Shown here piece by piece: positions 1-9,741 of a DNA stretch of 55,830 nucleotides (positions are counted from its first letter, which is position 1; every line of letters begins with the position of its first letter). The translations under genes were made by a program, and so were the position numbers. Source of the DNA: a virus (lineage: Duplodnaviria > Caudoviricetes); IMG/VR virus record IMGVR_UViG_3300048818_000025, positions 1 to 55,830 of that record; one strand, written 5' to 3'. Below the pieces are notes generated by a model. That model was given only the letters and a program-made list of their open reading frames with translations, searched no databases and had not been told where the DNA came from.

Positions 1-194
1 GCTTTTATGCTCGGGCATTTTGTGGGGTGCGGCCATGATGCGGGCCGAAGTGTTATATGCCCATGGTGTCCGAACTGGCGACTTCACAGCCCTTTTAGTC
101 GCGCGTGATTTATACCCGTATTTAAAATACATAGCTCAAGGCCCTGCACGGGCGGGTAGCATTCAAGACATAATCCGTGCGGTGCGTGAGGACC
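1..194. repeat. Terminal redundancy, left copy (circular assembly overlap)
   Basis: 1-194 matches 55637-55830 except for three C/T differences (positions 28, 58, 67). Confidence 0.97.
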
Positions 195-250
195 CAAGGG
201 CATTCGACCTTGCGGCAGCGCTACATCAACTTCAACCCAGGAGACACTAA
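20..250 (+). CDS. Small helical protein with a hydrophobic N-terminus. The reading frame begins across the join (about 55623-55632) and overlaps the ligase gene in the +1 frame
   Basis: All three differences between the terminal copies are synonymous in this frame; upstream in-frame LLLGLLLLCSGILWG. Confidence 0.65.
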   Translation: MWGAAMMRAEVLYAHGVRTGDFTALLVARDLYPYLKYIAQGPARAGSIQDIIRAVREDPRAFDLAAALHQLQPRRH

Positions 251-251
251 A

Positions 252-851
252 ATGCGATTTAACTACAAGACGGCGCTGATGCTGGTCGCAATCATTGGCG
301 TCCCGCTTTCGGCGGCTTATGCGGCGGGTCTTTACCCTAACTATCCTCTGGTCGGCGGGGCGGCGGTTTGTTCCTCCACCTCAACTGGCGTGAGCGGTCA
401 GGTTTGCACCACCACCACGCCTGCCGGTCCTACCATCGTCACCGGCTCGGAAACTACGGCTTGGGATACCAACCTCAGTCAGGGCCGTTCTCCGCAGACC
501 GTGCGCCTTGGCATGGCGAGCATGAATGCTTTGCCGTGGACGTTTACGGCCTTGGTGCCTTCGGCTGCTACCCTTACGCAGACCACCCTATCAACGCAGG
601 GCGGATTGATGATTACTGGAGCGGCTTCACTCACGCCATCTATCGGCGTGATCCTGCCGCCTAGCCCGATTGACGGTCAACAGTTCTCTTTGTCTGCCAA
701 TGTAGCGCTTGCTGCATTGAATGTGGTTGGGTCCGGGTCAGCATCGGTTTCCGCTGGTCCTACGTCTCTAAGCCCATATGCGCTCGGCGCGCCGGTTGGC
801 TATAAGTTCATTTACCATGCGACAAATACCACATGGTATCGAGCCAATTGA
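252..851 (+). CDS. Secreted Ser/Thr/Gly-rich beta-type protein with signal peptide
   Basis: AGGAGA RBS; MRFNYKTALMLVAIIGVPLSAAYA leader ending AYA; one Cys pair. Confidence 0.75.
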   Translation: MRFNYKTALMLVAIIGVPLSAAYAAGLYPNYPLVGGAAVCSSTSTGVSGQVCTTTTPAGPTIVTGSETTAWDTNLSQGRSPQTVRLGMASMNALPWTFTALVPSAATLTQTTLSTQGGLMITGAASLTPSIGVILPPSPIDGQQFSLSANVALAALNVVGSGSASVSAGPTSLSPYALGAPVGYKFIYHATNTTWYRAN

Positions 852-888
852 TTTCCCCGCTTGTGCAACCTCTCGCATAAGCAAACTT

Positions 889-915
889 GCCGGGGCTTAA
901 AAACCCCGGCTCTTT
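889..915 (+). terminator. Probable intrinsic terminator or hairpin
   Basis: GCCGGGG-N8-CCCCGGC followed by TCTTT. Confidence 0.6.
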
Positions 916-930
916 CCTCAGAGACGCAAC

Positions 931-1455
931 ATGATTAGAATTATCACGGCACTAATGCTGACGTTGCTTGCGTCTCAGGCTTTGGGGCAATCAACGGTTA
1001 AGGTTTGCATTCCGACAGGTGTTGGAAATTCATGCCAAGACGTGACTTCAACTAACCCATTTTACGTCACGACCAATCCAGCGATTAGCATTGGAACGGT
1101 TAATCAGGGAACGTCCCCTTGGGTTGTGGGCGGAACGGTCGCGCTAACCGCAAGTACGCAAACGATAGGCAACGTTAATATAGCCGGGCTGAGCTATAAT
1201 AATATTTCAGCATACACGAATACGGTTGTGAAGCTGACGCCTGGGGTATTCGGCGGACTGTCTGTTAATTCCGCTGGCACAACCTCAACCGCAGTCGTCT
1301 ATGACAATACGGCGTGTAGCGGATCAATCATCGGCACATTCACCACGACTGCACAGGGCGCGGTTGTTCCAGTTAATGCCGCTGCGGCTACCGGGATTTG
1401 CGTGGCAACTGCTGGTTCACTTACGCCAGCCAACTTGACGGTTCTTTATCGTTGA
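931..1455 (+). CDS. Secreted Thr/Ser-rich protein with signal peptide, possibly virion-associated
   Basis: MIRIITALMLTLLASQALG/Q leader; four Cys in two neighbouring pairs. Confidence 0.75.
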   Translation: MIRIITALMLTLLASQALGQSTVKVCIPTGVGNSCQDVTSTNPFYVTTNPAISIGTVNQGTSPWVVGGTVALTASTQTIGNVNIAGLSYNNISAYTNTVVKLTPGVFGGLSVNSAGTTSTAVVYDNTACSGSIIGTFTTTAQGAVVPVNAAAATGICVATAGSLTPANLTVLYR

Positions 1456-2786
1456 GCAGCATTGAAGTTAACTTCCCTGAAAAGACTGCGTTTCTATTCG
1501 AGCCGCATCCTTACAAGTGCATTTATGGTGGACGTGGCAAGTCAGCCTCTTGGAGTTTTGCCAGAGCGCTATTGATCCTTGGCCGTAGACGGAAGTTGTT
1601 TATCGTTTGCGCCCGTGAAATTCAGAAGTCCATCCAGGAATCAGTTCACAAGCTCATTGCCGATCAGATCGCAGAGCTTGGCTATGGATCAGGACAAGAG
1701 CATTACTTTTACGATGTGCAGAAGTCCGAGATTATCGGATTGAATGGGACGAAGTTTGCGTTCGTCGGCATTCGCAATAACGTCAATTCGATAAAGTCCA
1801 TGGAGGCGATTGATATATTCGCGGTGTTTGAAGCGGACGCCGTTTCTCACAACTCATGGGAAAAGGTTTTACCAACGGTCCGCCGCGACCCTCCGTTCGG
1901 GCCATTCGACTTAGGCTCTGAGGTTTGGTTGGAATTCAATCCCGAACTAGAAACTGATGAAACCTACAAACGATTTGTCATTGACCCGCCTGCCGGTTGC
2001 GTCTCGGTCGAAATGTCTTATCGCGACAATCCTTTTTTCCCGCAAATCCTGCGCACTCAAATGGAAGCGGCCCGAGGTAAGGACGAGGATAACTGGCGCA
2101 CGGTTTGGTTGGGCAAGCCTCGCAAGACGTTACAAGGCGCTATTTTTGGTAAGGAATTATCGCTGGCGATAAAAGAGGAACGGCTTAGCCCGCATATCAA
2201 GATCGATCCGATGAAGCCGTGTGTGTTTAGTTTTGACCTTGGGGACCATGACGTGTGTTGCTGGTGGGCATGGCAACAGATTGGAATGGAACATAATGCG
2301 GTTGATTATTATGGCAATACTGGTTTTGGTATTGATCATTATTTGGATGAGATCGAAAGCCGCAAGTTGAAGGTCAAGAATATCCTGCTCCCGCACGACG
2401 CTGCCCAGGCGCATCAATCGGCTAGAGGCGCGAAGTCTGGAAACACCATCGAAAAACAAGCGCGAGCCATCTATGGCGATAAGGTCAAACTGGTTCCGCG
2501 CGTTTCTGTGGTCAATCGAATTAATGCTGCGCGTTCTTTGTTTCCTCGCATTAACATTGCGGAGGGTCCTACATCGGACGGGGTGATGAACTTAACTCGG
2601 TATCGATATAAGATCAGTGCGCGCGGTCAGAGGTCGTCGGTTCCAGATCACGCAGATAGCGATCCGGCAGACGCCTTTACTTACTACGCCGTTTGGTTGC
2701 GCGAAGGTTCTAGCGATGCTCCCAAGCCGCAGCAGGAAGTTCATAGGGTTTCTCCGCTTGAACACAGCCTTGGTTGGATGGGCTGA
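1452..2786 (+). CDS. terL: Terminase large subunit (PBSX-like)
   Basis: YGGRG, CAREIQKSIQESVH, FNP, YRDNPFFP, nuclease FDLG and D..DAF.Y motifs; TTG start overlapping the upstream stop; precedes the portal. Confidence 0.92.
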   Translation: MSSIEVNFPEKTAFLFEPHPYKCIYGGRGKSASWSFARALLILGRRRKLFIVCAREIQKSIQESVHKLIADQIAELGYGSGQEHYFYDVQKSEIIGLNGTKFAFVGIRNNVNSIKSMEAIDIFAVFEADAVSHNSWEKVLPTVRRDPPFGPFDLGSEVWLEFNPELETDETYKRFVIDPPAGCVSVEMSYRDNPFFPQILRTQMEAARGKDEDNWRTVWLGKPRKTLQGAIFGKELSLAIKEERLSPHIKIDPMKPCVFSFDLGDHDVCCWWAWQQIGMEHNAVDYYGNTGFGIDHYLDEIESRKLKVKNILLPHDAAQAHQSARGAKSGNTIEKQARAIYGDKVKLVPRVSVVNRINAARSLFPRINIAEGPTSDGVMNLTRYRYKISARGQRSSVPDHADSDPADAFTYYAVWLREGSSDAPKPQQEVHRVSPLEHSLGWMG

Positions 2787-2788
2787 GC

Positions 2789-5083
2789 ATGGCACGCGCG
2801 CCGCGATTAGTTGAAGTTGCCGACGAGCCTGATGCAGAGGATAAGAAAATTCTGCAAGAGGCTAAGGACAATTTTAAGCGCTGGCAGGAATACGAATCAG
2901 ACTTTCGCAATCGGTATGTGGCAGACGTAAAGTTTTCCAATGCCGATAGCGACAATGGATGGCAATGGCCGAATGATCTAAGGGCGGACCGTGAGGCTAA
3001 TAAGCGTCCTGCTCTGACGATCAATAAGGTTCAGCGCCTTGTCGCGATGATTACCAACGATTGCAGCGAGAACAAGCCTGCGATCACGATTAAACCAACC
3101 GGGAACGAAAGCTCCTACAAGTCCGCGCTGGTTTATGAGGGTCTTGTCCGCGACATTGAATACAAATCTGCGGCGCAGAACATTTACGATGATTGCTCGG
3201 TAAGTCAGGTTGAAGGCGGCATAGCTTATTTCCGCATTGAGCAGGTCCATACCGACGATGAAAGCTTTGACCAGGAGCTAAGGGTTACGCCGGTCCGCGA
3301 TCATCTAGGCGTGTTTCTGGACTGTGACATTAAGCAGAAAGACGGGTCCGACGCGCTATGGGGCGGCGTGTTCGATGACATGCCAAGGGATGAGTTTGAA
3401 AAGCTCAATCCCGACATTGATATGCAGGAAGTCGGTGGCTCTACGGTATTTGGTGAGGCCGAAGGCGGGGATTGGCTTCGTGAGGATTCAATCCGCATTG
3501 CCGAGTATTATCGGATTGTTCAGAGCAACGATGAACTATATTGGGTTGAGGACGATCAAGGAAATACCGAGACGTTCAAGGCGTCGGAAGCACCTAAAGG
3601 TTTTAAGGCCACTCTAGTCCCGGGCAAGTACAAAAAACGAAAGATAGTTAACCGGCAGTTGGAATGGTACAAGATTGCCGGTCATAAGATCATCGCGAGA
3701 CGGGATAAAGATAACGACCCTCTCAAGGGAAAATACATTCCTATCGTTCGCGTGGTCGGGGTTGAGCGAGTTATTGACGGCAAGTTAGAACGCAAAGGTT
3801 ATGTGCGTCCTATCAAAGATGCGCAGCGGATGTTCAACTATGGAGCTTCGCAAAGTGTTGAAAGCGTGTCGCTTCAAACTAAAACCCCTTGGGTTGGACC
3901 AGCGGCTGCGTTTGAAGGCAACGAAGTAGCCTGGAATAATGCCAATACGCAGAATGCGGCTTATCTAACCTATCGGCATCAAGACGCTGATGGCAATCCA
4001 CTTCCTGCACCGCAGCGCTTAGAGCCGCCTAAATCTGCGGAAGGTTTTCTGCAAGAAATGCAGATAGCCGACAATCAAATGGCGATGGTTGGTGGTCGCG
4101 AGGATGCAGGGCTTGGACGTGAGGGCCAAGAAAAGTCCGGCATTGCCATCCAGCAGCGTCAACGCATGGGCGACAAGGCCAACGGAATTTGGCTGACTAA
4201 CCTCGCAATTGCGCTTTGCTATGCCGGTAGGATTATCATCGATCTTGTTCCGCACATTTACGATACCAAACGCGTTATTCAGATCATGGGACAGGACGGC
4301 GAACAGTCCAAGGTGACTGTCGATCCTGAGGCTGAACTGGCGTATCAGGAAGTCACTCAAGACGATGTAACAAACGTCTTGTTCAATCCGGCAGTCGGTA
4401 AATACGAAGTTCAATCCGCTCCAGGTCCGGCTTATGCAACGCAGCGTCAAGAAGCATGGAACGCCTTCGTCAGCATCGTCAGTGGCGCGCCTGACCTGAT
4501 TAACAAGATTGGCGACCTCATGTTTAGGTCTGCCGATTTCCCATTGGCTGACAAAATTGCTGAGCGTTTGCGCAGGGACATTAAGAATAGCGCGCCTTGG
4601 CTATTGGGTGACACGACTAACCCGCAAGTTGCTCAAATGCAGCAAATGCTTACCGACGCGCAGGGGCAGGTTGGCGAACTCATTCAGAAACTTGCCGAGA
4701 AAAACCTTGAGCTTAAGAACAAGGATGAGGAAAACGCGGTTAGACGGTTTGATGCGGACAGCAAGCGCCTGACCGCAGAATCCAATGCAATCACGGATAT
4801 GAAAAAATCCAATATTGAATTGCATCAACTACTGATGACCATCACCGGCACCTTAAATGATATGAAAAACGACAATATGGACCGCGAAAGCGACAGGTCT
4901 AATCCGGTTCAAGAGGCCGAGGCTGATCGAGACGAAGCGGCGGAAGGTGAGCCTGGATCGCCGGTAGAGCAGAATGAAGTGCCACCGTTTGAAGGTGCAC
5001 AAAAAGCAAAAGATGGAAACTGGTATCACGAATATCAGCCTGGGAAATATGCAGCGGTTCTAGGTGGCGCGAGTGCCCAATAA
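2789..5083 (+). CDS. Portal protein, P22-like
   Basis: ~765 aa; QWP..R....RPALTINK, KDAQRMFNY, SGIAIQQRQ, GPAYATQRQEA motifs; C-terminal coiled coil; follows TerL. Confidence 0.93.
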   Translation: MARAPRLVEVADEPDAEDKKILQEAKDNFKRWQEYESDFRNRYVADVKFSNADSDNGWQWPNDLRADREANKRPALTINKVQRLVAMITNDCSENKPAITIKPTGNESSYKSALVYEGLVRDIEYKSAAQNIYDDCSVSQVEGGIAYFRIEQVHTDDESFDQELRVTPVRDHLGVFLDCDIKQKDGSDALWGGVFDDMPRDEFEKLNPDIDMQEVGGSTVFGEAEGGDWLREDSIRIAEYYRIVQSNDELYWVEDDQGNTETFKASEAPKGFKATLVPGKYKKRKIVNRQLEWYKIAGHKIIARRDKDNDPLKGKYIPIVRVVGVERVIDGKLERKGYVRPIKDAQRMFNYGASQSVESVSLQTKTPWVGPAAAFEGNEVAWNNANTQNAAYLTYRHQDADGNPLPAPQRLEPPKSAEGFLQEMQIADNQMAMVGGREDAGLGREGQEKSGIAIQQRQRMGDKANGIWLTNLAIALCYAGRIIIDLVPHIYDTKRVIQIMGQDGEQSKVTVDPEAELAYQEVTQDDVTNVLFNPAVGKYEVQSAPGPAYATQRQEAWNAFVSIVSGAPDLINKIGDLMFRSADFPLADKIAERLRRDIKNSAPWLLGDTTNPQVAQMQQMLTDAQGQVGELIQKLAEKNLELKNKDEENAVRRFDADSKRLTAESNAITDMKKSNIELHQLLMTITGTLNDMKNDNMDRESDRSNPVQEAEADRDEAAEGEPGSPVEQNEVPPFEGAQKAKDGNWYHEYQPGKYAAVLGGASAQ

Positions 5084-5345
5084 CCCGCTTCAACAAGAAC
5101 ATATCGTCCAATTATCTGGAGGCAGTCCAGTATCAATTGGTGGCTACCATATAGTTCCGGTAGACCATAATCCGTTCGATGATTCTATTGGAGATAAAGA
5201 ACGCCAGTTGCTTCATCAGAATATTTTAACTAACCGCGCCGCAACAGATATACAAACTCTTGATCCCGGCAGAACGTGGAATAATATGGATCAAAACGCG
5301 ATTGATCCGGCTAATATGCAAGCTCCGTTTCAAGAGGATATTTGA
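5064..5345 (+). CDS. Hypothetical protein
   Basis: ORF tightly coupled in the head operon. Confidence 0.55.
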   Translation: MARVPNNPLQQEHIVQLSGGSPVSIGGYHIVPVDHNPFDDSIGDKERQLLHQNILTNRAATDIQTLDPGRTWNNMDQNAIDPANMQAPFQEDI

Positions 5346-5707
5346 TGGTTGAGCAGACAGTCAGATCGGTTGCTAAGGAAATTGGCTCAGCCTTCTACGA
5401 GGAAAGCCAGCGCAGCCCAGGTTTCCGCCAAGCATTCCCAACGCTGCAAGCTTTCATGCGCGGTCAATGGTATCAACCGGACGGCTCGATTAAACTCTAT
5501 CGGCCCGGTTGGATGCACTTTGTCGATACCGCTCGTAAGCGCATTGCGCAGATGATTGGCAGCAACGGCACAAACGAATATCTGAAATACCGCATGTATG
5601 ATGCGTTGATTGAAGATCGCCAGCGGACATATCAGGCGGAAATAACCAACCGAAAGAACGTCAAGGATTTGCCGCAAGGCGTTTTGAATAGGAGGCTAGA
5701 TGGCTAA
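5345..5707 (+). CDS. Hypothetical protein
   Basis: ORF with GAGG RBS, overlapping neighbours. Confidence 0.65.
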   Translation: MVEQTVRSVAKEIGSAFYEESQRSPGFRQAFPTLQAFMRGQWYQPDGSIKLYRPGWMHFVDTARKRIAQMIGSNGTNEYLKYRMYDALIEDRQRTYQAEITNRKNVKDLPQGVLNRRLDG

Positions 5708-5894
5708 TAAACTCGCAAAGCTTGCTGGCATTAAATCCGCGCCTACGGCCATGCCGGTCAATGAGGAAATGCAATACCGAGCGCGTGAAGCCTTGCATAC
5801 CATTCATAAAGCGGCTGAGCATAAGCGCGACAAAGATTTAATGCGGCACGTCACACGGCTGGCGAAGGCGCAAGTCAAAGCAGTTTGCAAGTAA
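5700..5894 (+). CDS. Hypothetical small basic protein
   Basis: AGGAGG RBS upstream. Confidence 0.65.
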   Translation: MANKLAKLAGIKSAPTAMPVNEEMQYRAREALHTIHKAAEHKRDKDLMRHVTRLAKAQVKAVCK

Positions 5895-5942
5895 TTTAAC
5901 CAACGGTCCGGCCCGGTTGCCGTGCAATAAAGGAAACCTACG

Positions 5943-6764
5943 ATGGCTGACGAAAATACCGAAGTTGTGGCCGATGAACCGCAGCTTAAACTCGAAACTC
6001 CAAATATGGATGAACAATCATCCGCGCCGAAGGAAGTAGTTGAGCCTGTAATTCCAGATAAGGAAAAGCCCGGCGACGAAGAAAAGCCGGAAGTCAAAGA
6101 GCCGGTAAAGGCCGAGGAAGTTGAAGAAAAACCTGCCGAAACTGTCGATTGGAAAGACAAAGAACTCAAGCGCAAACACGCGCAGATCAAAGAGCGCGAC
6201 CGCGAACTAGAGACAATCCGAAAAGAGAACGAGGATTTACGCGCTCTAGCCGCACGCCCAGTTAAGGAAGGCGAAGAAAAGCCAACCGAACGCCCTGCGG
6301 CTAATATGACGCAGGCGCAAATCCAAGAAGCCGCGCGGGTAATGCGCGATCAAGAGCGCTACCAGGACGACCTGACAAGAATTAATGCGGATGGCGAGAA
6401 AAACTACAAAGGCGAATGGGCCAAATCTCTCGAAAACCTCGCCACGCTAGGCACGGTCGAAATGCCAGTGATGCAAGGTATTCTGGCAACCGATGATCCG
6501 GCGAAAGTCCTCTATGAACTCGGCAAAAACCCCGCCGAATATCAGCGCATTATGGAATTGCGGCCCGAGCGCAGACAGACCGAGTTTGTTAAATTGAGCC
6601 TCAAGGCCGTAGCTAAGCCAAAGCCATCGGCTGCACCTGAGCCGGTAGAAACCGTGAGAGGGCGCGTTACGCCGTCTGCGCTTCCTCAAGACAGCGACGA
6701 TGACGATACGTGGTATGCGAAGTGGGAGGCACATCAAGAAGCTAAGCGTAAGAAGTCTGCTTAA
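5943..6764 (+). CDS. Capsid scaffolding protein
   Basis: Acidic N-terminus, coiled coil, basic C-terminus; lies between portal and coat genes. Confidence 0.8.
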   Translation: MADENTEVVADEPQLKLETPNMDEQSSAPKEVVEPVIPDKEKPGDEEKPEVKEPVKAEEVEEKPAETVDWKDKELKRKHAQIKERDRELETIRKENEDLRALAARPVKEGEEKPTERPAANMTQAQIQEAARVMRDQERYQDDLTRINADGEKNYKGEWAKSLENLATLGTVEMPVMQGILATDDPAKVLYELGKNPAEYQRIMELRPERRQTEFVKLSLKAVAKPKPSAAPEPVETVRGRVTPSALPQDSDDDDTWYAKWEAHQEAKRKKSA

Positions 6765-6943
6765 TTAAAGCATAGTAGTCTCGGCTATCTCCGAATGCGA
6801 TCCCATACCTAGCAGGACAATAAATAAAGCTAGGCGATCCGGTCCGACGCCCCGTGCTTGCTCTAACTCTCGCGATTGAGCACCGCGAAACAAACCAACG
6901 GCTTGAAACCCCGTCCCCTCCTTAAGCACAGGATTAATCCGTC

Positions 6944-8152
6944 ATGGCTAACAGCCTTTTGACTATTTCGCAGATCACAAGAATGGCTATCCCATTGTTT
7001 GTGAACAGTAATGCATTCATCAAGAATCTTGACCGCCAATACGATAAGGAATTCGGCAAGAACGGCGAGAAAATCGGTTCAACTCTCCGTATCCGCCTGC
7101 CGAATGATTACACAACTAATTCCGGCCCGGCTATTTCCGTTCAAGACACGACGGAAGTCCAGACCGTACTCACGATGGCCGATCAGGAAAACATCGCGGT
7201 TAGCTTCACGACTGCTGACCTCTTGCTTTCCATGGACGACTTTTCGGAACGTATTCTGTTGCCCATGATGAACAACCTTGCCGGTAAAGTTGCCGTCAAC
7301 ATCATGAACAACAATGCGCTTGCGATCTGCAATATGAACGCCAACCTTGATGCGAATGGCGGTCTGCTTACCCCGAATGACGGTACTTACCTGGATGCGA
7401 AAGCCTCTATGGCGATCAATTCCACTCCGCCTTCGATGCAGAAAATTATCAACGATCCTCGTACCGAAGCCCGCGTAGTTACGTCACTGGCTGGCTTGCT
7501 CAATCCGGCAAGCGCAATCAGTGATCAGTATTACGAAGGCATCATGTACAAGGCTCTTGGTGCGACGTGGTACTCAGACCAGACGATATTGAAAAATACT
7601 ACAGGGTCGGCCACTACTGCTACGGTGAACGGCGCTAATCAAACTGGTCCTATCTTGACCATTTTGGCTCTGACAGGAACAGCTCTTGCCGGCGATATTT
7701 GGTCTATCGCTGGCGTGAACGCGAGCAACATGGTGACGAAACAAGACACTGGCGAAGTTCGTCAGTTTGTTATTACCGTGTCGGCTGCGAACGGCGATAC
7801 ATCGTTGAACATTTTCCCCTCGATCATTCCTGAGGTTAATGGTCAACCAGTGCAGTATCAGACGGTTGTAAGTTCACCGGCTGATCAGGCTGTTATGACG
7901 CCATATCTTGCGGCCTCTACGACCTATCGGAATAACTTCCGGTACTCGCCACATGCAATCACTATGGCGACTGGTGATCTCCCTCTCCCTGCCAACAAGG
8001 TAACTGCTCGCCATAAATACGATAATGTCTCGATGCGTATGGCGCGTGACTGGATGGTTGGCACCGATCAGGAAATCACCCGCGTTGACGTGCTTTTCGG
8101 TTCGTTGACCGTGCGACCTCAGTGGGGGAGCAGGGTGCCTGACCGAATCTGA
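6944..8152 (+). CDS. Major capsid protein, P22 gp5-like
   Basis: MANSLLT start, KIGSTLRIRLP, MDDFSERIL.PMMNNLA, C-terminal RVDVLFG motifs. Confidence 0.93.
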   Translation: MANSLLTISQITRMAIPLFVNSNAFIKNLDRQYDKEFGKNGEKIGSTLRIRLPNDYTTNSGPAISVQDTTEVQTVLTMADQENIAVSFTTADLLLSMDDFSERILLPMMNNLAGKVAVNIMNNNALAICNMNANLDANGGLLTPNDGTYLDAKASMAINSTPPSMQKIINDPRTEARVVTSLAGLLNPASAISDQYYEGIMYKALGATWYSDQTILKNTTGSATTATVNGANQTGPILTILALTGTALAGDIWSIAGVNASNMVTKQDTGEVRQFVITVSAANGDTSLNIFPSIIPEVNGQPVQYQTVVSSPADQAVMTPYLAASTTYRNNFRYSPHAITMATGDLPLPANKVTARHKYDNVSMRMARDWMVGTDQEITRVDVLFGSLTVRPQWGSRVPDRI

Positions 8153-8167
8153 TTTGATTTACAACTT

Positions 8168-8199
8168 AGCGGTGGGGCAATCCCGTCCCACCGCTTCTA
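8168..8199 (+). terminator. Terminator hairpin after the coat gene
   Basis: AGCGGTGGG-N10-CCCACCGCT then TCTAT. Confidence 0.65.
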
Positions 8200-8218
8200 T
8201 CTTAGGAGTGTTTAACTA

Positions 8219-8557
8219 ATGCGAGATCTTCGCAAAAGCCTGCCACAGACGGCACAGAACGACCGCAACAAATTCCCTGACTACAAATATCAGCCATACC
8301 CCAAGATGATGACCAAAATCGTCGGGGACAAAAAAGTCCCTTATCTCAACGCTTCCGGTCAGCCCGTGATTGTAAACGACGCGACCGAGGAAGCTCAGTT
8401 CAAGGCTAAGCATGGCGTGGCTGTAGATGCAGAGCCGCAGGCCAAAACGGTTGCGGTTGAAACAAAACCCGTAACGCTTGCCGCCATTGCTTCCACGGAA
8501 GCCCCGGCCAAACGCAAATACACGAAACGCGCACTTCCGGCTGACCTTCCTGCATGA
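8219..8557 (+). CDS. Hypothetical protein (post-capsid gene)
   Basis: AGGAG RBS; YQPYPKM motif. Confidence 0.7.
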   Translation: MRDLRKSLPQTAQNDRNKFPDYKYQPYPKMMTKIVGDKKVPYLNASGQPVIVNDATEEAQFKAKHGVAVDAEPQAKTVAVETKPVTLAAIASTEAPAKRKYTKRALPADLPA

Positions 8558-9294
8558 CAACCGGCGCTGACGTTGTAATTCAGGGTCTAAAGAAATCTGG
8601 CGTCACCGGACAGGGGCGCACGCCTTCTGCCGATGACAGTCAGGATGCTCTTTCTGATCTGAACGATATGTTGGCGGAATGGAATACGCAGCGTTGGATG
8701 ATTTGGCACTTGCTGGATTTGGGAGTTGTCTCGAACGGTCGCCAAACACCATACACGATAGGGCCGACCGGAGATTTTAACGTAGCGAGACGACCCGATA
8801 GGCTCGAATCTGCTTTCTTGCGGCAATTGGTTTCTACAGGCTTGGACGTTGATACCTTCATTGAGATTATTCCTTCTTGGGAGGAATATGCTCAAATCTC
8901 ACTTAAAAAGCTTCAATCGTTCTCGCTCTATGGGTTTTTGGATTCGACTTGGCCGCTCGGCAATCTCTATATTTACCCATGGCCGCAGGCTGCGAGATAT
9001 GAGTTCCACGTCCAGTTAAAAGATGTATTGCCGATAATTGATCTAGTCACCGATCTTTCGACCATTCCAGATCAATACGTTTCGGCAATGAAGTTCAACT
9101 TGGCAAGGCGTTTGCGTCAAGCCTATGGGAAGGGCTTAGCGCCTGACCCTGAGTTGAATAATCTGGCGCGCAATAGTCTGGACGTTGTTAAGACTTCAAA
9201 TATTGCCGTCCCAGAGTTGAAAATGCCCAAGGCTCTCATTCGCATGTCGAGTTCATGGAATATACTTTCTGACCAATTTTCAGGTAACGGCTAA
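8554..9294 (+). CDS. Head-to-tail adaptor, P22 gp4-like
   Basis: DALSDLNDMLAEW and A.KFNLARRL motifs; position after coat. Confidence 0.8.
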   Translation: MTTGADVVIQGLKKSGVTGQGRTPSADDSQDALSDLNDMLAEWNTQRWMIWHLLDLGVVSNGRQTPYTIGPTGDFNVARRPDRLESAFLRQLVSTGLDVDTFIEIIPSWEEYAQISLKKLQSFSLYGFLDSTWPLGNLYIYPWPQAARYEFHVQLKDVLPIIDLVTDLSTIPDQYVSAMKFNLARRLRQAYGKGLAPDPELNNLARNSLDVVKTSNIAVPELKMPKALIRMSSSWNILSDQFSGNG

Positions 9295-9333
9295 TGCGTA
9301 AATCCACCCAACACAAACTAAGGAGAAGCTAAA

Positions 9334-9735
9334 ATGATCGTCGGAATTCAGCCTGTTGCTGGTGGAGGCCCAGCCCTTGTTGACCAGACTTGGCTTAACG
9401 GCGTTGCCAATGGTCAAAACCAAAGCTTTGTTAACGGTCTTGTTGCCCATGCCGGTGGAACGAAAGCCGCTGCGCTTCAAATCCCTGCTGGTGTTGCCAT
9501 TGCTATTTTTGCCACGGTGGCAACGACTGGAGATAGCGCGCTACTCCCGCAAGCAAAACAGCGTAATACGCTCAAGGTTTATAACGCTGGCGCGCAGACG
9601 ATTGATCTTTACGGTCGTGGCACCGATACCGTTAATCAAGTCGCTACAGCTACGGCTTATACTTTGACTGCCGGACAGGCTGCGGAGTTTTTCTGCGGCG
9701 TTGATGGCAACTGGTCTGCCATAAAGAGCGCGTAG
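9334..9735 (+). CDS. Small virion or decoration-type protein, paralogue of 11324-11755
   Basis: AAALQI...VATTGDSALLP...VYNAGA resembles ANALAL...TTPANSGVRL...VFNNGG. Confidence 0.6.
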   Translation: MIVGIQPVAGGGPALVDQTWLNGVANGQNQSFVNGLVAHAGGTKAAALQIPAGVAIAIFATVATTGDSALLPQAKQRNTLKVYNAGAQTIDLYGRGTDTVNQVATATAYTLTAGQAAEFFCGVDGNWSAIKSA

Positions 9736-9741
9736 TTTTGA

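Noticed and set aside
1-194. True direct terminal repeats of the virion DNA
   Set aside because: The repeat falls inside genes, as expected for an assembly overlap of a circularly permuted genome; physical ends cannot be inferred.
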